DNA of 20,000 bases. Source: an uncultured virus (IMG/VR IMGVR_UViG_3300021092_000032) (lineage: Duplodnaviria > Heunggongvirae > Uroviricota > Caudoviricetes). The stretch is taken from IMG/VR virus record IMGVR_UViG_3300021092_000032; one strand, 5' to 3'. Positions 7,718 through 13,933 of this stretch are shown in pieces; positions within the stretch are counted from its first letter, which is position 1, and each line of letters opens with the position of its first letter. Position numbers and translations under genes: made by a program. The notes beneath the pieces are model-generated. The model was not told the DNA's origin, did no database searches, and saw only the letters and a list, made by a program, of their open reading frames with translations.

Positions 7718-7956
7718 CAGGGTTCAGGGGCAGACCAGCCTTCAGGCAAGCCAAGCTCAAGGCAAGCTGCCGCAAGGGCGTCGTCCGCTAATTGGACAAT
7801 GGCGACCGTCGGGTTTTTTACTTCCTTCAGGGCCACGCCGGGGCGCAATGCAAAGTAGCAATCGCCAGGGAAGCGATAAACCTTTTCAGCGGCTAGGAAG
7901 CCCTGTCCCCAGGGCTCAATCTTGCCAGTCAGCTCAAAGGAATACAGAACAGACAT
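7717..7956 (-). CDS. 79-aa hypothetical protein downstream of the tail fibre (possible fibre assembly chaperone)
   Basis: The likely start is the ATG at 7956 (MSVLYSFELTGKIEPWGQG...LGLPEGWSAPEP), 2 nt after the fibre stop, rather than the track's 8082. The function is inferred from position only. Confidence 0.65.
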   Translation of the reverse strand: MSVLYSFELTGKIEPWGQGFLAAEKVYRFPGDCYFALRPGVALKEVKNPTVAIVQLADDALAAACLELGLPEGWSAPEP

Positions 7957-7958
7957 GA

Positions 7959-10229
7959 TTAGTAACCAGAAATGGGCAGGGGATGGAACTGGCCCCTGAG
8001 CGTGAAGGAGATGCTGGTTTGCCCCCAGGTGTTGTTTCCGCCCACGTAAACCGTGCCGGACTGGCCAATGGCTGCCCAGCAAGATTCGCCAACATGTGGG
8101 CTGATGTGCGTGAAATCCACAAAGGGTTCAGGCTGGGTCCAGACAGGTGTGAAAACTGCGTGCTGGGTGTTTGCTGAAGCAGAGTTGTTGATGTTGCTGA
8201 ACTGCGTAAATACAAGTGGGCTTGTACTCCAAGTGCCAGCGATGTAAATCTGGCCACGGTCGTCCAGCAGTGTGACCGAGGCGTTTGTCGAGCTTTGGTA
8301 ACCGTTGCAGAAAACCGCAACAGGCTTACCGAAGCGGAACTGTGTGGTGCCCCAAGTAGATGAATACTGAGTGGCGAGAATTTCCCCAGGGAACACAGAT
8401 GCAGAGCCGGCGGCCTGCAGTGGATCACCGTAATCGCGGAAAAGGATTTCGCCTGGGAACCAGTTGCCAATCACCGTCGCGCTTGAGTCGCTGCTGGTGG
8501 ACACGTTACGGCCAAGCTGCCCGCCGGCATTGTTGCCCCAGGAGTAAACCTTTGGCTGCACAGCAGTTCCGCCGTCAGTGATGACGTAAATGCTGGGGTA
8601 TCGGCCGCCACATACCCACATGGAAACCACTTTCTGGCCGCCGGAATTGAAGGTTGTAGAAGCGTTAGTAATTTCCACCGGCATGGAATTATTTGCGCTG
8701 GTGGAGCTGTAAACACCGGTATAGATACCAAAGGCATCGTTCCTGCCACAGGCATAAACGCGGCCTTCAGAAGTCAGCAAGAAGGTGCGGCCGTGATTTG
8801 AGTCGCCGTCTGTGGCCACAACGTGGACGATTTTCTTGCCGTTGATTGCCGAGTTGGCAATGGCGGTAATTTCAACCGGACGATTCTGGTTGGTCGTGTT
8901 GTTAATGCCTAACTGGCCATGAGCGTTGTAGCCCCATGCGAAGCATTTGCCAGTTGCTGTGATTGCGAAAACATGTGCGTATTGCCCACCGCTAACGGTG
9001 ATGTACTCAACGTTTTCATTATTGAAAAAGCTGCGAGCTATACGACGTGCAAAGTAGTTATTAGTGGTTGTGCCATCACCAATTTGGCCATAAGCGTTGT
9101 AACCAAAGGCGTACACGTTGCCATCAGTGTCTAACGCATAATGTGCGCCGAGAGTGGTATTGGCGTCACTCGTTGCAGAGCTGCAGAAATGTTTGATTTT
9201 AGGCCGCGCAGCGTCCACAAGAATCGAATTAGATTCGCTGTAAAACTGCACGGGGACGGCAGCATCCATTTGAGTTGGCGTGGTCCCGTTGCCAACTAGG
9301 CCTGAAGCTGCATAACCAGCGCCATACAGGATCCCGTTTTCGCTCAGGTGGAAACTGTTGAAAAAGCCAGAATGGGTGCGGATGATCTTTGGCTGACGGG
9401 CAATCGTGTCAGTGATCGGCAGGCCATCCAGCGTCGTGGCAAACTTTGCGTGATTGGTGTCACCAGCCAAAGCCTTCCAGTGGAAGTTCGGCACGCGGAA
9501 CACCGTTGGGAACGATGGGACGTTGATTGCGTTGTAGTCGGTGCCTATGCCACCAGCGTTGTAATAATTGCCGTTGGTTGAGTCGTTGTAGTTGTTGCCC
9601 CATGTGAAATGCCGTCCGGAACGGCTGATATACCCGCCACGGCGGTAGCCGATCCAGCTGGACGGGGCTTGCTTGCCACGGCCGTACTTGGTATGCGGCA
9701 GCGCGGCATGGCCAGCCCCTGTGAGGTTGTAGTTGCTGTTTGGAAAGGCAAAGCCGAGGGCGCCTTTTGTGGCTTCCACGGCGGCCAGGGCGGCGGCTTG
9801 ACTGTTGGCAACTGACGCAACGGCGCTTTGAGCGGTGGTTTGCGCAGTGGTGGCCGTGGCGAGAGCCGTGTTGGCGGTGGTTTGGGCAGCGCCTGCGGCA
9901 GTTTGCGCAGTCCCGGCTAAGTTGTTTGCAGCGGTCAGGGCGTTTGTAACCGTGACCGAGAACGCCTCGTCATTGTTCAGCGCAAGGGCCAACTCGCCCA
10001 AGGTGTTCAAGGCGCCAGGGGCCCCGGCCATCAGGCTGTCTACAGCCTGCTGAACCAGTGCCTGAACCTGCGCTTGGTTCAGCTTTGTAGCCAGCGCAGT
10101 GAACAGCGCGTCTACGTCCACGTCAAGGGCTTGCAGGGCGTCACGGAGACGCACAACATCCTCGGCCAGGAGGTTGGAAGGGAACGGGAGCGGATAATTC
10201 CGCTGAGCGGTGCGGGTGTCAGTAGGCAT
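7959..10229 (-). CDS. Tail fibre / receptor-binding protein with RCC1/BLIP-II-like beta-propeller repeats
   Basis: N-terminal NYPLPFPSNLLAEDVVRLRDAL, tail-fibre motif GAPGALNTLGELALALNND, an Ala/Thr heptad stretch, then repeated RCC1-like blades (ALDTDGNVYAFGYNAYGQIGDG, AITATGKCFAWGYNAHGQLG, LLTSEGRVYACGRN, VYSWGNNAGGQLG, IGQSGTVYVGGNNTWGQ). Confidence 0.85.
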   Translation of the reverse strand: MPTDTRTAQRNYPLPFPSNLLAEDVVRLRDALQALDVDVDALFTALATKLNQAQVQALVQQAVDSLMAGAPGALNTLGELALALNNDEAFSVTVTNALTAANNLAGTAQTAAGAAQTTANTALATATTAQTTAQSAVASVANSQAAALAAVEATKGALGFAFPNSNYNLTGAGHAALPHTKYGRGKQAPSSWIGYRRGGYISRSGRHFTWGNNYNDSTNGNYYNAGGIGTDYNAINVPSFPTVFRVPNFHWKALAGDTNHAKFATTLDGLPITDTIARQPKIIRTHSGFFNSFHLSENGILYGAGYAASGLVGNGTTPTQMDAAVPVQFYSESNSILVDAARPKIKHFCSSATSDANTTLGAHYALDTDGNVYAFGYNAYGQIGDGTTTNNYFARRIARSFFNNENVEYITVSGGQYAHVFAITATGKCFAWGYNAHGQLGINNTTNQNRPVEITAIANSAINGKKIVHVVATDGDSNHGRTFLLTSEGRVYACGRNDAFGIYTGVYSSTSANNSMPVEITNASTTFNSGGQKVVSMWVCGGRYPSIYVITDGGTAVQPKVYSWGNNAGGQLGRNVSTSSDSSATVIGNWFPGEILFRDYGDPLQAAGSASVFPGEILATQYSSTWGTTQFRFGKPVAVFCNGYQSSTNASVTLLDDRGQIYIAGTWSTSPLVFTQFSNINNSASANTQHAVFTPVWTQPEPFVDFTHISPHVGESCWAAIGQSGTVYVGGNNTWGQTSISFTLRGQFHPLPISGY

Positions 10230-10233
10230 TGGT

Positions 10234-13200
10234 TCAGACCATCACTGCGCGGATGTTGCGGACCTTTGGCCTGTGGGCCGCCGTTCCGGTGAGGTTTAGC
10301 TTCACCTTGGAAGCCGACAGGCCCACAATACCGGTGTCCTGATAAACGTACTCGACGTAGCCATCCCCGATGGGGGTGGCCTTGAGCAACGTCATGTTCT
10401 GGAAACCGTTCTTGTCGTACTGAGGCACCACGGTTGAGGAGCCGGGGACAAGCGCATCGAAAATGACGCGCATGGTGTTTCCGCCGGAGCCGACCAGGAA
10501 CTGACGGCTCTGGTAGAAGCCGCTTGTATCCAGGCTGCCAACCACCGACTGGACGCCGGTGTAAAGCACTGGGCTTTCTGTGGCTGTTCCTCGCAGAATC
10601 GCCTGCACCTGCATAGTGTCGTTGATTGATGCGGCGAACTGGACGCCTTGGCCTGCAGCCAGCGTAAAGGTTTCTCCAGTGGTCCGGGTGTAGCGGAAGA
10701 AGAGGTCGGTGTTTTCGCTGGGCAGTTCCACAGCAGCCACCACCAGCAAGTCGGTCATGCCGCTTACCGTAAGGCTGCCCAGGTTGAACACCTGTTCAGT
10801 GGCCGTGAAGTTGGCCCCAACGAGGCGGAAAGTTAAATCCTTTTCTTGGTGAGCTGTCCAGGTAACGTTATTTGAACTGCTAAGCAACACGCCAATCGTG
10901 TAAGGCTGCGCAGTCACCCAGCGTGCCGCTGTGGAGTCGTACTTGCCAAGCTCTGCCACGCGTACCGCATGGTTTGCGTCGTCGGTGAGCAGCACGATGA
11001 AATACTCAACGCCGCCAACCAAGTACACAGGGGCGCTGAAGCTAGCCCGAACGTAAGTGTTCGTTGTGACAATTTCGTTAGGTTGGATTATTGTTTGAGC
11101 AATGACGGTTTCAGTTGGGAAGCCGTTGCTGCTCTCACGGATTTGCACCTGGACAGGCTTGTTTGCACCCTTCACAGCAAACTTCAGGTCAATAGCCTTG
11201 ATGTGGCGTGATTGCTGGAGGGTAAAACTCTGCGCCAGCGGGTCAGGACCACGAGGGGCAGGCGGCGGTGGATTCCAGCGAGTAGTTGTGGTTGTGGTGG
11301 TTTGCCTGAAGTTGCGAATGAGCAGGGTGCCTTGGCCCGTGTAGACCGCAGAGCCGAAGCTGCCCTGCACGCCAATGAACTCGACCAGCTTGCTGCCAGC
11401 GGGAACGTTGGGTGGAACTGTAAAGGAGCCGCTGAACGAACCAGAAAGGTTGGCGACAACCCCGCTGGGGGTAATGTTGCGCCCGTCAAATCGCAGTATT
11501 GAAAGACCTTCGTTTGGCCCGAAACCGCTAACACTGAAATTAACAGTAGTCGCTCGCAGAAACTCGATTGCGCTTCTGCTTTCGCTTACAAGGGTTGTAA
11601 CGGTGCTAGTGCTAGTGCTGCTTTGGCTGCCACTGCCAAAGACAAACGCTTGCGTAGCAAAAGTGGTCGCATTTTCGGTGACTGTGTAAAGATCGAGCGC
11701 CGGGTTTAGAACCACAGCAGCAGGCATCGGATCAAAGCTCTGGTACGGGTTGATTTTCATTTCACCCGTGCGCAGCTCTTGGCCGATCAGCACTTCATCA
11801 GTTGAAGGCAGCAGTTTCGTTGCCGTGTTGTTCAAGGTTGCCAGGACAGGCGTGCCGCTGATAGCAAGCTGCAGGTCTTGGCCTACAATCACAGCGTCTT
11901 GTTCTACACCTGCATCGCGCAAATCGTCGTCAAACAGCGGGTCAGTAAATACGCCGTATTTTGCCGTTGGCTCTTTCGAGCTAATGTCCCGCTGCAAGCG
12001 CTCATCGGCTACGAGATTGTATAGCTCAATAACTGATTCCTTGATTTGCCGCTGTTCCTTCATTGAAACAACGCGAGTACCGTCGTTGAATGTGCGCGGA
12101 ACTTTTGTGCTTATCCAATCGTGGTAGATGCTGGCAAGTTGCAGCAAAACGTCAGACACGCCGGGCCGAATTGGATTAAACGCCGAAGGCACACCCTTGA
12201 CTCGACTCAGCACGCCTTCGCGGTCAAGCACAATCGCGTCGAAGCGAGGCATTTTCCAGCGGTAGTCATTCAGGACCAAAGTGTTCGCTACGGCGCCCTG
12301 GATTTGGAAGGTGCCGGCGTCGGCGTTGATGTTGGTTGGGGTGACGCTTTTGAGGAACCGGTATGTGACTGTATAGGTGCTGCCAGGGGCAGGCTCTGGA
12401 CCGTTTGGGCTCCAGTCCACCTGATCAGCTGTGAGGTTGTAGCTAGTGCCTGCCTGGAAGGTGGTGGTTCCTTGCTTCACCTCTTCAATGCTGAGCACTG
12501 CAGTATTTGGCAGCGCATCCAATGCCCCAGTGAAAGATCCGTGGGTCATAGTCACGGTTTCTTCAGCCGTGATGACCACATCCATAATATTGTTGAGCGG
12601 CTTACGGTTCAACGAGATTGTCTGGAGCGCCGTGCCGGTGCTTACCTTCGGCTCATTTGTAATGGTTTGTAAATCAGGGTCAATTCCAAAGCTGAGGGGC
12701 GAAGCCTGCGGCTTGTCAATTTTGTTGCCCTCAACGTTTGCAACACCTTCCTGAACACTAAACACGTAGTTCGTCTGGGTGTTGTCTTTGCCCAGTGCAA
12801 ACAGGTTCAACCCGTTGACGATGTAGTTGCCGTTGGCGTCGCGGTCATAGCGGGCCAGAAGCTGCTTCACACCATCAAGCTGAGGCGGCGCTTCCTGGTT
12901 CAGCAACACGCCGTCACGTACGGCGTACACGGTGTAGAAATCGCCGGTACCACCGTCGCCATTCCAAGCCCAAGTGACCGTCCGACGGGTGCGGCCAGCG
13001 CCAGATTCTTGGTAGTTGCGTGTGCCCACCGCAGGGTCGCGCAGCGCAGGTGACTCAAGCTCTGTGATGGTTTCCGTTACCACTCTGACGCCGATCTGCA
13101 CGTCACCAGTTGTTGGGATCGTGTAGTTCGAGGCTGCCACCTCACGCACTGCGCCCAGTACATAGACGGCGCCGCTCTCCATTTGCACGTAGCCGGTTTG

Positions 13201-13398
13201 TGCGTCAATGGCTGCGGATGCGCCGCGCACAACAGAGCCATCGCGGAACAGGACGTTGGCAATTTTCTGCAGGCGATCGCTGAAGACCGACTGGATCTCG
13301 TTCAGTTCCGCCGACTGAAGGCCTTTGCTGGCACGGAACAGCAGCTCGTCGTAACGATCTGCGGCGCTGAAACGGTTGTAGTAGCCCTGGAGTGACAT
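10234..13398 (-). CDS. Large baseplate/tail structural protein, DUF4815 / VrlC-like
   Basis: 1054 aa. YYNRF...YDELLFRASKGLQSAELNEIQ, ITELESPALRDPAVGTRNY.E.GA.R, ARYDRDANGNYIVNGL, GVFTDPLFDDDLRDAG, INPYQSF, DPLAQSFTL, GVLLSSSNNVTWTAHQEKDLTFRL are motifs I recognise for this family; sits between baseplate and fibre genes. Confidence 0.8.
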   Translation of the reverse strand: MSLQGYYNRFSAADRYDELLFRASKGLQSAELNEIQSVFSDRLQKIANVLFRDGSVVRGASAAIDAQTGYVQMESGAVYVLGAVREVAASNYTIPTTGDVQIGVRVVTETITELESPALRDPAVGTRNYQESGAGRTRRTVTWAWNGDGGTGDFYTVYAVRDGVLLNQEAPPQLDGVKQLLARYDRDANGNYIVNGLNLFALGKDNTQTNYVFSVQEGVANVEGNKIDKPQASPLSFGIDPDLQTITNEPKVSTGTALQTISLNRKPLNNIMDVVITAEETVTMTHGSFTGALDALPNTAVLSIEEVKQGTTTFQAGTSYNLTADQVDWSPNGPEPAPGSTYTVTYRFLKSVTPTNINADAGTFQIQGAVANTLVLNDYRWKMPRFDAIVLDREGVLSRVKGVPSAFNPIRPGVSDVLLQLASIYHDWISTKVPRTFNDGTRVVSMKEQRQIKESVIELYNLVADERLQRDISSKEPTAKYGVFTDPLFDDDLRDAGVEQDAVIVGQDLQLAISGTPVLATLNNTATKLLPSTDEVLIGQELRTGEMKINPYQSFDPMPAAVVLNPALDLYTVTENATTFATQAFVFGSGSQSSTSTSTVTTLVSESRSAIEFLRATTVNFSVSGFGPNEGLSILRFDGRNITPSGVVANLSGSFSGSFTVPPNVPAGSKLVEFIGVQGSFGSAVYTGQGTLLIRNFRQTTTTTTTRWNPPPPAPRGPDPLAQSFTLQQSRHIKAIDLKFAVKGANKPVQVQIRESSNGFPTETVIAQTIIQPNEIVTTNTYVRASFSAPVYLVGGVEYFIVLLTDDANHAVRVAELGKYDSTAARWVTAQPYTIGVLLSSSNNVTWTAHQEKDLTFRLVGANFTATEQVFNLGSLTVSGMTDLLVVAAVELPSENTDLFFRYTRTTGETFTLAAGQGVQFAASINDTMQVQAILRGTATESPVLYTGVQSVVGSLDTSGFYQSRQFLVGSGGNTMRVIFDALVPGSSTVVPQYDKNGFQNMTLLKATPIGDGYVEYVYQDTGIVGLSASKVKLNLTGTAAHRPKVRNIRAVMV

Positions 13399-13405
13399 GG
13401 CAGCC

Positions 13406-13891
13406 TCAGAAAGTCAGAACGAACTCAAAGGTTTCGCGAGTGGCTGGCGTGCGAATAATCGCAGGCACATGCTCTAGCAGGTAGAGCGTGCCAGGGCTCT
13501 GAACCTCCTCGACGTCAAAGAATAACTGTCCTTGAGGGAGCCCGGTTTGAACCACAGTGTCTAGCAAGATGCCAGTTTCACGGATGGTCGCTGTGCTGGC
13601 GTTTTCAAAATCGAGTGTAAACCGCAAGTAAAGGAAGTTTGTCTGGGCAGTGCTGAGGTCGTATCGCCCGCTGGGCAGCACAATCGCGCCCTCAACTGCT
13701 GGGAGCACAAAACTCACCTGAGCAGCCTTGCGAAAACCGATGGCGGAAAGGAGCGCACTGCTGGAAATGCTTTCAGGCGGGGTGCCAGCATCATCCCAGA
13801 GGGGGCTGCCGGCGCCTACGCCGAGGAAGATGTTGCGGGCTGCGACAGAAGCCGCCAAACCGGCGCGGCCTGAGGTCGTGAGGGTTGCCAT
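13406..13891 (-). CDS. Baseplate / fibre-attachment protein (tail-collar fibre N-terminal-like)
   Basis: 161 aa, MATLTTSGRAGLA...LGVGAG...W...ALLSAIGFRK...TNFLYLRFTLDF...TIRETGI...FEFVLTF. Resembles stand-alone fibre-anchor domains that precede DUF4815 genes; GGAGG at 13902-13906. Confidence 0.7.
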   Translation of the reverse strand: MATLTTSGRAGLAASVAARNIFLGVGAGSPLWDDAGTPPESISSSALLSAIGFRKAAQVSFVLPAVEGAIVLPSGRYDLSTAQTNFLYLRFTLDFENASTATIRETGILLDTVVQTGLPQGQLFFDVEEVQSPGTLYLLEHVPAIIRTPATRETFEFVLTF

Positions 13892-13933
13892 TAGGCCATA
13901 GCCTCCTGAGTCGTAGTCATTCTAGGGGTCAGT

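Noticed and set aside
7957..8470. ORF 7934..8470 and the upstream extension of 7717..8082
   Set aside because: Both overlap the fibre gene out of frame. The ATG at 7956 just after the fibre stop is preferred.
11255..11305. Poly-Thr/poly-Pro stretch (TTTTTTTRWNPPPPAP) as a special element
   Set aside because: It is a short low-complexity linker before the DPLAQSF motif, with mixed codons and no sign of a slippage tract.
13891..13906. Mini-ORF ATG GCC TAA right after GGAGG upstream of the 161-aa gene
   Set aside because: The RBS-to-ATG spacing of 2 nt is too short. The GGAGG fits the ATG at 13891 better, so a regulatory role cannot be supported.
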